In this document: piece by piece, positions 28,221 to 41,500 of the stretch
How positions within the stretch are numbered: position 1 is the stretch's first letter
How the letters are laid out: every line of letters starts with the position of its first letter
Source of the DNA: a virus
DNA length: 64,000 bases
Virus record (IMG/VR): IMGVR_UViG_3300042691_037350
Span: 1-64,000 of that record
Strand: one strand, 5' to 3'
Notes under the pieces: model-generated
The model's input: the letters and a program-made list of their open reading frames with translations, nothing else
What the model was told of the DNA's origin: nothing
Databases searched by the model: none
Program-made: the position numbers and the translations under genes

Positions 28221-29050
28221 TGCCGAGAGGAATATCACGATTCGACGAGGCGATGCTACAGGGTAGGCTGTGGACGCCTGATTTGGTGCGGCCCAATTTA
28301 TCGTTCTGGCAAGACGCTGCTGACCGCTCCACGATCACGATTGCCACGGGCGTCAGCGAGTGGCGAGATAAGAGCGGCAACAACCGTCATTTCACGCAGG
28401 CGACCGGGGCAAACCAGCCGTCGTACTCGGACACGGGTTTCCTCGGGCGACCGGGCATCACTTTCGACGGCACAGATGACAATTTGCGGCTAACTGGCAT
28501 CAGTTCGCAGATCACCAATCAGACGCACGGCGTCTACTGGGTGTTCAGACGCATCAGCGGCAACGCTGGCGGAGCGGGTTACAACCCGACGATCTCGGTG
28601 AGAACTTCAAATAACTCTGACGGTGGGGCGCTGCACTACGTCAAGAACAGCAACGCTCTCGGCGCGTCCTATCCGTACTACAACCACCCAGCGACCCAAA
28701 GTTATGACCTGACCTCTGGCACGGCATATCAAAACGGCATTGGCTACGTCATGTCGTTTCAGGCTAATGCTGCGTCTAGCGCGACTGCGTGGAGCGTGCA
28801 TCGCAGCGGGACGCTGGAAGGCAACACGAACGGCATCACCACGCCAAACTCCAACAACGACGGCTACGTTCTCGCTCATCAGATCAACCCTGCGCGATTT
28901 CTGAATTGCGTGTTTGGCGAAGTGCTGATGGTGCAGAACACGAACGCACGGCTGCGGCAACTTGTCGAAGGCTACCTTGCGTGGAAATGGGGCGTTCTGT
29001 TGGGCGGCGCGCACCCTTACGCCAACCGCCCGCCTCTGATCGGAGACTAG
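28220..29050 (+). CDS. LamG/concanavalin-like virion protein, GC-rich
   Basis: WQDAAD..TIT...VSEWRDKSGNNRH..Q....QP...FDGTDD...EGYLAWKWG pattern. Confidence 0.7.
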   Translation: MPRGISRFDEAMLQGRLWTPDLVRPNLSFWQDAADRSTITIATGVSEWRDKSGNNRHFTQATGANQPSYSDTGFLGRPGITFDGTDDNLRLTGISSQITNQTHGVYWVFRRISGNAGGAGYNPTISVRTSNNSDGGALHYVKNSNALGASYPYYNHPATQSYDLTSGTAYQNGIGYVMSFQANAASSATAWSVHRSGTLEGNTNGITTPNSNNDGYVLAHQINPARFLNCVFGEVLMVQNTNARLRQLVEGYLAWKWGVLLGGAHPYANRPPLIGD

Positions 29051-29078
29051 AATAAGCCCTTATTAAAGGAGAATTTAT

Positions 29079-29225
29079 ATGCCTCTAAGAATTAGAATAC
29101 CAGCTCTAGCATTATTGCTAGCAGCAAATAATATCAGATATGGAACTCTTACTCCGAATAGGTTCTACTATAATACTAATTTAGTAGGTAAAATTTATTT
29201 AGGAAATAATTTAATTTTTGGATAA
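29079..29225 (+). CDS. Small protein (48 aa, not in ORF track)
   Basis: AAGGAG RBS; MPLRIRIPALALLLAANNIRYG...VGKIYLGNNLIFG. Confidence 0.55.
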   Translation: MPLRIRIPALALLLAANNIRYGTLTPNRFYYNTNLVGKIYLGNNLIFG

Positions 29226-29298
29226 TTAGGACTCGTTAACTTAATTATGTGTGATCTTACAAAATAATAAATATATTAATAAATTTTTGTTAGTATCT

Positions 29299-30279
29299 AT
29301 GATAAATTTATCTCAATTAGCTATTCAACATAATGGAATTATTAAACCATTATTAATTTCATCGCAAGATCTTAGTGGTCCATCACTAATGAATCCATCT
29401 ATTCTATTAGCAAACAATAGAATATTTGTAAATCTTAGAAATATTAATTATATATTATATCATTCAGAGACACAAAAAAATGAGCATTCTTTTGGTCCAT
29501 TATGCTATTTACATCCTGAAAATAATCTTACATTAACCACATATAATATTTTATGTGAACTTAATAATAATTTAGATATTATAGGATATACTAAAGTAGA
29601 TACTTCTTTTTTAGATATAGATCCTTTATGGGAATTTGTTGGACTAGAAGACTGTAGACTAGTTTACTGGGACAATAAGTTGTTATTAAGTGGAGTGCGT
29701 AGAGATACTACTACTAATGGACAAGGTAGAATAGAATTATCAGAAATATCTTTTAAAAAACTTAAAGCTATAGAAATAAATAGGCAAAGAATTCCAGCAC
29801 CGCCTCCAGATAACAGTTATTGTGAAAAAAATTGGATGCCTATACTAGATCAACCATATCATCTTATTAAGTGGACAAATCCCACAGAACTAGTGAAATA
29901 TAATCCCTCAGATAAAACATGCCAGACAGTGATTCTTAAAGACTATAAATTTTTAGACTCATTAGATCTAAGAGGAGGTTCTCAGGTTATACCTTATAAA
30001 GATTATTATTTAGCTATTGTGCATGAAACGAATCTATATAATAGTGAAGCTGGGCGCAAAGATGGGTCATATTATCATAGATTTGTTGTATGGGATAAAA
30101 ATTTTAATATCCTACATTTATCACCAAGATTCACCCTCATGGGTGCAAAAATAGAATTTTGTTGCGGATTATGTGAATATGAAAATAATTTTTTAATTAC
30201 GTTTGGATTTCAAGACAATGCTTCGTTTATATTGTCTATATCTAAATCTATTATAGAAAAAGAGTTATTATATATATGA
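29299..30279 (+). CDS. Five-bladed beta-propeller glycoside hydrolase/phosphorylase-like protein (GH130-like)
   Basis: MNPSI, GLEDCRL, EKNWMP, LRGGSQ, IEFCCGL, FGFQD motifs. Confidence 0.65.
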   Translation: MINLSQLAIQHNGIIKPLLISSQDLSGPSLMNPSILLANNRIFVNLRNINYILYHSETQKNEHSFGPLCYLHPENNLTLTTYNILCELNNNLDIIGYTKVDTSFLDIDPLWEFVGLEDCRLVYWDNKLLLSGVRRDTTTNGQGRIELSEISFKKLKAIEINRQRIPAPPPDNSYCEKNWMPILDQPYHLIKWTNPTELVKYNPSDKTCQTVILKDYKFLDSLDLRGGSQVIPYKDYYLAIVHETNLYNSEAGRKDGSYYHRFVVWDKNFNILHLSPRFTLMGAKIEFCCGLCEYENNFLITFGFQDNASFILSISKSIIEKELLYI

Positions 30280-31523
30280 GTTCAGTATTATATAAATATA
30301 TTCTGGATCCAGAAAATGATTTTTTAAATTTTGAACTAGGCTTATGGTATTTTAATGAAAATCAATTCTCTCCAGCCTCATCTTTTTTCTTAAGATGTGC
30401 TGATAGAACAACATATACTAATCTGAGATACGAAGCTTTATTAATGATGTTTATGTGTTATAAACAATTATCAGACAGAACGTTTACGTGTGAAAGTATT
30501 TTAAAGCAAGCCATATCTATTTGTCCAGAAAGAGCGGAAGCCTATTATCTTCTATGCGAACTATACTCTGGTAGATCAGATTGGACAAATGTTTACACGT
30601 ACTCAACTATTGCTTTAAAACTCACAAATAATTTAAAAAATAATCTCTCTAAAGAGATACCATTTCCTGGGAAATATGCGTTATTATTCCAAAAAGCAGA
30701 AGCGGCATGGTGGTTTGGTAAACCAAATGAATCTAGAGATATTTATCAATTTTTATTAAATCATCATATAGACGAACTAAGTGTTCAATACAGAGACCTA
30801 CTACAACAAAATTTGTCCAATTTAGGTAGTGGGCCAACCTCTCAAGCAATACTCAAATATACTCGGTCACAACATGATAGGCTCAAATTTCCATTTCAAA
30901 ACAGTAATATTATAGACGAGAATTATTCTCAAGTGTACCAGGATATGTTCATTCTTTCTCTTTTAGACGGTACAACAAATGGCACATATCTAGAGATTGG
31001 CTCATCAGACCCGTTTCACGGCAACAATACTGCTTTACTCGAAACTAAATTTGGGTGGACGGGAGTTGGTATAGAATTTAACAAAGAATACGTAGATAAG
31101 TATGTAGCATCAAGAAAAAATCCAGTATTACATGAAAATGCCTTAAATGTTAACTATAATCAAATTTTAACAAAATATTTTCCTAACCAATATATTATTG
31201 ATTATCTACAGTTGGACATAGAACCCTCCAAAAATACTTTTGAAGCATTGTTATCTATTCCTTTAGATAAATATAAATTTAAAATTATTACATATGAACA
31301 CGATTATTATGTAGATATTACTAGATCATATAGAGATAAATCACGTAGATATCTGTCGGCTATGGGATATGAGTTGATTGTGAATGATGTTTCTCCAAAT
31401 GAAAATAGTGCTTTCGAAGATTGGTGGGTTTTACCTTCTTTAATTGACAAAAATAGGTTAAATTTATTGCAAAATGTAAATTTAACAGAAATACACCAAG
31501 CATCAAGATATTTCTTAAAATAA
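30276..31523 (+). CDS. TPR + FkbM-like methyltransferase
   Basis: N-terminal TPR helices (PERAEAYY); YSQVYQD..YLEIGS.D...NNT.LLE...GWTGVGIE; IDYLQLDIEP. Confidence 0.75.
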   Translation: MSSVLYKYILDPENDFLNFELGLWYFNENQFSPASSFFLRCADRTTYTNLRYEALLMMFMCYKQLSDRTFTCESILKQAISICPERAEAYYLLCELYSGRSDWTNVYTYSTIALKLTNNLKNNLSKEIPFPGKYALLFQKAEAAWWFGKPNESRDIYQFLLNHHIDELSVQYRDLLQQNLSNLGSGPTSQAILKYTRSQHDRLKFPFQNSNIIDENYSQVYQDMFILSLLDGTTNGTYLEIGSSDPFHGNNTALLETKFGWTGVGIEFNKEYVDKYVASRKNPVLHENALNVNYNQILTKYFPNQYIIDYLQLDIEPSKNTFEALLSIPLDKYKFKIITYEHDYYVDITRSYRDKSRRYLSAMGYELIVNDVSPNENSAFEDWWVLPSLIDKNRLNLLQNVNLTEIHQASRYFLK

Positions 31524-31609
31524 TGGCTAATTAGACCAAGATTTAGATTTATGCTTTATAAGGGTGTATCTATAGAGTATACGGCATCAAATTATGGAAA
31601 AGGTCTAAT

Positions 31610-32125
31610 ATGAGCTGGCAAACAGAAATTCCCATTATTGTTCGCACTCTAATTAATGACTGGTCAGATCAGCCAGTTTATAGTGACGAAAGAATTATTC
31701 AGGTTATAGCTGTAGCAGCACAGTATGTTCAGTTTGATGTCGTATTAGATCATAAATATTCTGTTGATGTAGCTAATCCAGGTATAATACCAGACCCTAC
31801 CATAGATAGAGATGAAATTTTTATTAGTTTAGTTTCTCTTAAGGCGGCCTGTATTATTGATCAAAGTAGTCTAAGAACCAAAGCCGCTATGGAAGGTATT
31901 AGAGCCGCTTTGGGACCCGCTAGTTTGAGTGTGGGAGGCAGTCTTGAGGGTATCAGGATGGTATTAGAACACGGACCATGTGCTCTTTATGAAGAATTAA
32001 CTTCACACTGGGATGTCTCAAATGCTAGCGCTATTAGGGCTATACTTAGTCCATTCGTTGGGAATAATTTTAATCCCAGGTACATTCAGAGTTATGGCTA
32101 TAGAGCCAGAGATTTTTATTCTTAA
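31610..32125 (+). CDS. Head-tail adaptor/neck protein
   Basis: IVRTLINDW..YSDERI helical adaptor-like start; preceded by GGTGTAT. Confidence 0.55.
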   Translation: MSWQTEIPIIVRTLINDWSDQPVYSDERIIQVIAVAAQYVQFDVVLDHKYSVDVANPGIIPDPTIDRDEIFISLVSLKAACIIDQSSLRTKAAMEGIRAALGPASLSVGGSLEGIRMVLEHGPCALYEELTSHWDVSNASAIRAILSPFVGNNFNPRYIQSYGYRARDFYS

Positions 32126-32140
32126 TAGGGTGATAATGTT

Positions 32141-32581
32141 ATGCCAGCTGCTGAATATAATTTTAGTATAGAAAAAGGAACATCCTTTGTTATTGCGTTT
32201 GAATATAAAGATGATAATAATATACCCATAAATATTACAAATTGGTGCGCAAGAATAAGGTGGATAGAGGATCAAAGTACACCCACAACCAGAACTTTTA
32301 TAACAAATACTAGAAATAATGACTATGAATTCACCATAGACCCATTATTAGGTAAAGTTGTTCTTAAATTAAGCGCAGCATTTACCGCTTCTTTTAACTT
32401 TGGTAGTGCAAGATATGATTTTGAATTACAAGAACCCAATGATTTGTACACTGGTGGAGGGCGAAAAATATTTAGAATCCTTCAAGGATCTATTGGATTA
32501 ATTACCAGAAATGTTCCAGGGAACGATGCGTTCTTCTGTAATACGGATGTACAAAATGATTGTGGAACTTGTAGCCCATGA
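32141..32581 (+). CDS. BppU-N-like virion adaptor protein (paralog B)
   Basis: Clearly homologous to 17796-18200 (YNFSIEKGTSF, YDFELQEPNDLYTGGGRKIFRILQG). Confidence 0.65.
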   Translation: MPAAEYNFSIEKGTSFVIAFEYKDDNNIPINITNWCARIRWIEDQSTPTTRTFITNTRNNDYEFTIDPLLGKVVLKLSAAFTASFNFGSARYDFELQEPNDLYTGGGRKIFRILQGSIGLITRNVPGNDAFFCNTDVQNDCGTCSP

Positions 32582-35500
32582 CAATAGTAAATGTTATTGA
32601 ACAAAATAATAATTCTAAATATTTAATTATTAGTCAGAAATGTTATTGAACAAAATAATAATTCTAAATATTTAATTATTAGTCAGCAAAAAGATCCTAG
32701 TACTCTAATTACCACTAGAGTAGCTATTACTGACAATGCTAATAATTTAATTAAACTAGTGGATATACAAAGAGGTCCACAGGGCGAACAAGGGCCTATG
32801 GGTCCTGCTGGCCCACCAGGACAAAATGCTATCTCTTTTGAGCTTTTGCCTATTAGTAGTGGTGGAACAAACAACACTATTTTTACTAATGATAAAATTA
32901 TTTATTATGATGGAAGTAAATTATCTAGTACTAACTACAGTATTAATGATTTATTAGCTATTAGTAATGCTGATGCTATTACCGGCATTATAACTAATAC
33001 AGGACTATCAAAAGTAACCTCCGGATCTACGGTAACACTAAATACAAATTTAGGTGAAGGTCTTACTGTAGATAATAATAATAATATTATTGTAGATGAT
33101 ACCATAGCTAGAAGAGTTGAACTAACAGTCGGGAATATTTCTGGTATACTAGGTATCTCTAAGGGTGGTACTAATAATTCTGTTTTTAATACTAATCGTT
33201 TAGTCTATTTTGACGGTAGCAAACTAGCTAGTTTTCCTCTTGATACTGGACGCATAGTAACTAGTGGGTCATCCATTAGCATAGTCGCGGGATCTGGATT
33301 ATTAGGTGGTGGATCGATTTCTATTCCTAGCGGTTCTGTCGTTATTAATATTGGAGAGTCTAGTGATATTTTAGTAGCGGAAAATAGCATATCTTTATCC
33401 ATAACTGGTATTGCAGGCACTTATACTAAGGTTACTACTGACAATAAAGGCAGAGTAGTTTCTGGAGAACTATTAACACAGCAAGATATTATAGACATAC
33501 TAGGATATACCCCTTGGCATATTGGTAATGATGGACAAGACAGCGGACTAGATGCCGATTTACTAGACGGTCAACAAGGTTCTTATTATTTAAATTTTTC
33601 TAATTTTACGGGCACTATTCAAACCGATGTTTTGCCTTCTAATACTATTCCAGGCACATATTCTAAAGTAACTGTTAATGACAAAGGTTTGGTACTAAAT
33701 GGTACGGGAATTAATTATGCGGATGTGGTGACTGCTTTAGGATATAGGCCAGTTAGCGTGTCTGGTGATGTTATTAATGGCAACCTAGATATTATTGGTA
33801 ATGTAGATATTAGTAATGGTAATTTAACTCTAGAAGACAATTTGCCTATTTTTGCTTATGACAATGCTAGTCTATTACCAAACGATCCGCGAGGATTTAG
33901 TTTCGTTTATGGTAATACATTCAAACAAACGGGTATTTTAGCATACTATCCAGCAGATAATCAATTAAAACTTATTACTGATATATTTGGCACAGGTACT
34001 AATGATTTAGGTGGAGGTAATAGTGAAAATAATTTCAATGGCGAAATTGATGGAGGTAATTCTTCTAGTATTTATCTATTAGGAAATATGCAGGGTGATG
34101 AGGCCATAGTTTTACTTCAGCACATAGCAGACCAAAGATATATTAGTTTAGTAGCGAATCAAATTATTAGTGGGATTAAAACTTTTATAAGTCCAGTTAA
34201 TGTTTATAACTATATTAATATTGTTCAAGGAACCGGCTATAACGGTGCGCCCATTTTCGTGGGCGGAAATAGTGGTTTGGTTACTAACCTAAACAGTGAT
34301 TTACTGGACAACAATCATGGCGCTTATTATAGAAATGCCGTTAATTTAACTGGAACTTTAGATTATAATAATACTACTGTTAGTAATATTAGTGGTACAA
34401 CGAGTTATTTATCAAGATTTGATACTAGAACGTCTGGTCCCTCCAGAACCGTCTCTGATTCTATAGTGAGACAATCCGGAGCCTCAAACATTATTGTAGA
34501 GAATGGCTCATTAGCAGTAGGCAATAATAATAATGTACAGGGATTATATTCTACAGCCGTGGGTACTAATAATATTATTACTACTAATAATAGCTTAGCT
34601 GTTGGATCTAATAATTCTGTTAACGCGAATAATAGTGTTGCTATTAATAATGGTTCTAAAACCACAGAACCAAACTCTTTAGCTATGGGTTCATACGGAA
34701 CAACATGGTTACAGAATCAAATTAGTATTGGTGCTTTTCAGGAATTAAATCCAAACGACAATATTACTAGAATTGGATTAGGTCAACATTCAGTAGCTGC
34801 TATTGGATATAATGGTGTGACTAATGGCTCATTTCAGTCATTAAGTCCTACTATTACTATTCCAAATAATAAAACTATACTATATAATATTGATTTATTA
34901 TTTACTAAATTAGGTGGCAGCGGCGCTGCGGCATTTTCTTTTGCTAGCGGCATAGTTAAAAATATTAATGGTACCTCATATCTCTTACAAAACCACCAGA
35001 AGTCCGAGCTGTATAATGATTCTCAAATTAGAGAATATTTGTATACCATTAGAGTTGGGTCAAACACCAATCAAAATCAAATTTTATCTGTTTTAAAACC
35101 TCCATTATTAAATAATTCCTTACAAATCCAGAATCTTCCTAGTATTAGCAGAATACGTCCTAACTTATCTGAAATTAGTGGTTATTTCTATAAGACTTTT
35201 GATGGCAGAACGGTTGTTCAGATGAACAAACCAATTTCTAGTGGTTCGTTCACACAGAATGAAGATGATTATATTATTAAAATCAAATCATATAACCATG
35301 GAGCTGTTACGGGTTCGATTGTAAATATTAGTTATACTTCTGGTATTGTTGTGAATCCGCCAGACTCGGGCCATATAGTCAAATATGTTTATAACAAGGA
35401 TGAATTTGGTGTTTCAGATTATTTTTGGATAGGACATTATAAAAATGGATTTATAGACATATTAAATAATAATATATCTGGTATAGATAATCAGTTAAGA

Positions 35501-38500
35501 ACGGTATTTACTGGCAATGTCTGGAATCAATCTAATACGGTATTAAATTGCTCCCCATCAATTATTGGTAAAATATCCTCTGGTATGCCTTTATCTGTTG
35601 TTGATGGAGGGTTTAGCGGAACTCCCGTGGTTACTAGTGTGTCTGGTTCAACTTTAACATTAAGCGTTCCATATACTGGTGGTTTAAATAATATTAGTAA
35701 AGTATTTGAATTTAATCAATATTCTTATTATAGATTTAATAGTAGTAAATCAGTATTTATTGATGATTTAGTATCTAATTATAATTTAGCTATAGATAAA
35801 ACTGGAGAAGTAGTTTTCACTACGTCCGGAATCAAGATTGCTACTTCCGGATTCACAGGACCAGTAATATTAAGCCCAATACTGGTTTCACCCACCATCA
35901 ATAATTCAGGATTTTTAATTTGTACTCAAAAACGAAGCTACGACGGTAGATTCAATAGATCTTCTGCTATATTTAATCCATATTATGGAACATATATTCA
36001 ATATCAGTCAACAAATGGTTCCGGTAATATAGATATAAGTACCAATAGTTTGATATCTAGCTTTGCTCCTAGTTATAGTCCTTATGTTAAATTTTTAACT
36101 GCAACTAATTCTTTTAGTGGGATTTTGACTAGTGGTTCTAATATTATTACTAATTGTTCGCCTATTCAAAGCGGTAAAATTTTCTCTGGTATGATTTTAT
36201 CATCATCTGTTTCTGGTTTCCCTATTGGTAATACAGTAAGTATTTCTCCTACCAGTAATAGTATCACGATGAGTTTGCCTTTTAGTGGAATCACTACTAC
36301 GGGTTTAATAGTATACAGCGGAGAAATTCCTCCAGAAAATAATTATTTTAAGATTCAAAATCTATATAATGGTTCCGGAGTTCAGGTACAAAGATTGTAT
36401 GGCAATAGTAGTGGTGCATATTTAACAGGACAGGCTATATTGTATCCTGACTATGGTTTTGCCGATATGTCGGTTAATCTATTTGATATTGCTAATATGT
36501 CCGAAGCAGAATTGGCTTATATCAGATTTCGTAGCAATAGTAATGGTTTAATACCAGTATCTGATAACTATCGTATTAGTGGGGTGTCACAAAGTGCATT
36601 TTCAATCAGAACTAGACATCTTATGCCAGATTCTGGTGTTTCTTCAACAGGTTTACTTACCACCACACTAGATAAAGATCACGGATATGTTCCTCCAGCA
36701 TCAATGCCAAATTATTTACAACAAATTCCATTGGTATTTTCTGGACCCAATAATTATGTTGTTGTTGGTGGAGGAGCGACACCCTCTTATACAGGCACAC
36801 ATCCTACTAATAGAATTCCTAAAAATAGTATGTTTGATGTTCTAGCAGTTACTGGTGATTATTTATTGATTAATGATAATGCAAATTATTTGATTAAAGA
36901 GAGTAATTCTATTCCAGTTTTTGATATTTTTCAAACAGCTTCTTATACGAAAAATAGCGGCAATAATACACTAAGGGTAAATTTTAATAAAAACTATTTA
37001 CAAACCAATGATCAAATTTATTGCATATTTAATAATGTTTTTGGATGGGATCAAAATTTTAGAATTACTGGCATAGACACCAATAATAATATATACAGTA
37101 TTCGTCCGGTATCTGGATCTATTGATGGGGTTAGTGATTCAGGTTCACTGTCCTATATAGGTTCTACTAGTGGTTTTGTATACAGCCCATTAAATAATAT
37201 ATACTTTCATTCTTACGGTGGTAGATCTGAGTCTTGGGGTAGAGATTTAAATGGAAAATATGTTAATCCGCCTTTAACTGGGTTTTTTAATATTTATAAT
37301 TCTCCATTTTTATGTGAGAGTGGTACACTATGTATACATATTAGTGGGATTAGTAATTTTGCACCTATTAATGCGGGAGATAGTTTTTATTTTGATTTTA
37401 TAGATATGTCTAATACAGTACTCACTGGTATATTTAGTATTAATGATAAAATATCTAATAATATATTAACGTTGAATATTCCTTATAATAGTAACTATCT
37501 GAATCAAAGTGGGTTGGTCTATTTGATAGATAGTGTAGAAAATATCAAAACTAATAAACATCCTAATTATAATAATGTTTTTAGTATCGGATCCTTGTCC
37601 ACTAGTCCCAGTAACATATATAAGCATCAACTATCAAGATATAATGAAGCTAATAATAGATGGAAACATGCTCTATCTATCCAAAATAATTTATCTCCTA
37701 ATAAATATACAGAAACATTCTCTATTAATAGAGACAACCAAAATACGTCTCAACAAACAAGATTTATTATATTAACGCCAGAGGACCTGTCTTGTTCTAT
37801 TCAATATAGTATTGACGATATAAACTATAGTCCGGTTAATAACGATACAGTGTCTATCAACGCTGGTGATTCACTAAGATTTAAAATTATTGTTAAAAAT
37901 GGGGCGGGGTACTGGTCTACTATTATTAATGAGTCAGCACCGAGAATTAATATTTTAGGTATCTCTAATTATGAGATTGTTGATAATGAAAAAGTATATA
38001 ATACTTCTTTAAATCAATGGGAAATTATAGTTCGCTGTGGAACAATAACACGCCTAGTTACTAATAAAAATATTAATATTACAGTTTCTGATGAAAGCGC
38101 TAGGATATATAAGGATATATCTTTAAGTGTAGTTCAACCATTGACATCTACCAATATTGGTAATGTTGGTTATGGTTATGCTGGGGGTGGTTTATACTGG
38201 AGATTATTATTTGAAGTTTATGGAGGAAATTTAAGTGAAGCTCAAGTACCTAATATAGGTCTCATTAGTCAAGGATACCCAGAATTCGCCACAGCATATG
38301 CTACGGTAGAATATTTGGGTTATCCTAGTGGATGGTATGGGGTGCTTATACAAGGTTCTCCGGGTCCCAATAGTGGTATATTTAATCCTGTTGTTGCTAT
38401 TAACGATGGTTCTACCACTATATATAGAACAGGTACTTTAATAGTCAGACCAGGAGCAGGTCCTATAGAACCTTATTCTATTGTGCCAAGAACTTTTAGT

Positions 38501-41500
38501 AATAATATTATTAATAAATATTTAAATACTGAGTTTAATGATTTCGGATTTATTGTTCCTGTTGAAACCAACACAGATGCTAATTTTAATGTATTGCTAA
38601 CAAATACCACTGCACTAAATATTAATAATCCTATTATAGAATACAGACCTAATTTAAAAGTATATACATATCGAGCTAATATTAGTGGAAATCCAGGATA
38701 CTACACTCCGTTTGTTAATATTAATGTGTCTCAACCTAGTGGATTGTCATATGGTCAATATTCTTTGTCCACTGGTATAAATTTAACAATATATAACAAT
38801 ATATTTATTGATTCTTCAGAACTTGTTCAACCTTTACAATTTGACATTAACAAAGATTGGTCCTTTGATTTCTATATTAAGGGCGGAGGATCGTCATATA
38901 GAGAAAATATGCCTCCTAAAGTATATTTAAGTAATACTCCTAATATTGGGATATATAACATTAATGAGGGCGGTCCATTAGAATATAGGATAGGATATAA
39001 CTATAACTCCACAGAGAAGTACTGGAAAATATCGGTAACGGGTAAGAAAGATTTGTTTGGGGAAAATGCAGTATCTACTGGGAATTATCCTATTAATATA
39101 TATGCTGAAGATGATACTGGATATATCAATGGCATTATTAATACTAATGTAACTGGCAACCCATATTTAATAAATATTAATACTAATAAATATGCTACTC
39201 CAAATAATGGTTTTGAATTTAATGCGGATATCGGTGGAGCTACATATAATTCAACTCCTTCGCTATCTATACCAGAGAATCTTAAAGAAGCCTTGATCAT
39301 ACCTACTCGTACCTATTACAAGTATGATCCAGATATCAGTATTTGGGAGGCTTCCTACAGTTGTGCTCCGCTCACCGAAAAATGGGATGCTTCAGTATCA
39401 TTATCAAATAATAATTTATCTGTTAGAGCAAAAGGAATTTTATCTGATAAACTATATGTTGCCGGTAGAATAACTACCGTAGAAACAGAAAATACCTTAA
39501 GTGTGTTTAAGCCATTAAATATTAAGGGTTTAAATACTTCATACGAAGTATTCGAAGGTTCTCCTTGGGAATTTACATTTAGAACAGAAGGGGGATTAGA
39601 AGATAGTAAATACCCACCAGAAATTCAGTTATCTAATTTACCCACACCATGTACAGGGTATGATCCGAGAATTCCAGACGCATCTAATAATAGTTGTTTT
39701 AATAGTAAGCAATGGGATAATAATGCTAAAGAGTGGATATATAAATTTGTTGGTACGCCAATATGTTTAACTCAAGGAGAATTTAATGTTGAAGTTTTTG
39801 CTAGAGATAGAATCAATGAAGCTACTTATGGCACAGACACAGCCAATACCCGTATAACATATAAATCTTTGGGAGATCATCCAGGGCCAAGTATAGAGTC
39901 TATTTCTGATACCAGACTTTATCCTAATTGTCTGTCTTATCAGTCTCCCAAGGCTGCGTATAAGATTAATGTGCGTCAAACTTGTCCTAGGCCGACTGGT
40001 CTTACAGGATTAATAGTTTGGGGTACTTTGCCACCGGGATTAACATTTAGTGATTCTAGAGCTGGTACTTATTTTGCTCCTTATAGTGATTTGACTGGTG
40101 GATTTATTACTATTCAGGGTTATCCAACCGCCTTTGCCGATGGTGGACAATATCCTCAAAGATTAAATGTGGCTGTTGTTGATGCTCGCGGTAAGTCTGG
40201 TGTTTTAAATAATATTACTTTTTCAGATGGTTCTGCTCCTATAGAAGCATCTCCAACTGACATATCTATATATTTTGCTCAGTCTGGCTATCAATATACT
40301 AGATCTTTTGGTAACGATATTATAAGTAATCAAAATCAGCATATGCCCAGACCACCAGCCTCTCCATTTTCTATGGAGTGTTTAAGTATTTTACCCCATA
40401 ATAAGTGTTTATATTCCACAGGACTATATACTATTATAGATAATAACAATATAAGATTAAGCGGATATGGTACTTCGTTATCTATTCCATGGTTTAAACA
40501 ATTATCTAATAATCAAAAAATTTATGTTGAATTTGATAATCAAGTTAATTCTAATTTAAATAAAGAATACTTAATTACTCGCATCAATAATGATGTTATT
40601 AGTATTACAAATAATAATCATAATATTAGTCCGTCCACCTCTGGCATGGTTAAAATTTTGAAAACAGAAGGTAATATACAAACACTGTCTGTAAATGCTG
40701 CGGTATACGGAGGTACCCCTACTATGTCTCCAGTAGACACAACCACTACAGGCATATTAGGGGCTGGAGAATTTAAAACCGTAAATGGAGTTAGAGGATT
40801 TGTGGGGCGTATTAAGCCATCACTCATTGCTTCTTTAACTAGTGGAATATATAGAACAAATAGTACACATTTAGATGATTTTACTATTTCTACCATAAAT
40901 GGAGAAAATAATCAACCCCATATAATTAAATTTACTAATTGTTATGAGACAGGTTATTTTAGAGTTAGCGGTATTATACTGCCTTATCCGTCTCTAGACA
41001 GTACCGACCCGCCGCCTGGTGGCGGTAATAATTATTCATTCAACGATGGAGGCGCTATTGCTATTGCAATTAGAACCGCTTATGGAAATACAGATATACA
41101 AAAAAATAATTCGCTAAATGCTAGATCTTTATATGTTAATTATGAAATTTTTAATATTACAAACAATACCGAGTTAACATCTGGTAATCTTAGTACTGAT
41201 AATAATGGTATTGCTAGTACGGCATTTACACCACCTAACTTAAGTAGTGGAGCTATTTATAGCTTGTATCTCCAATATCTATCTAACGAAGAATTTCCAA
41301 CATATAATAGATTCGCTATACCGTCCTTGAACAATATTTATTATTGGATCCATAAAGGAGGATCTAATACTAGTGTACCCACACAACTGTCATTCCCTCC
41401 GGTGGTACCCGTAGAAGATAAATCTTTATTATTTATTAGTGGTATAAATATTACAACTAATAATACAATGAAACTAGTTGGTGGATATATACCACAAAAT

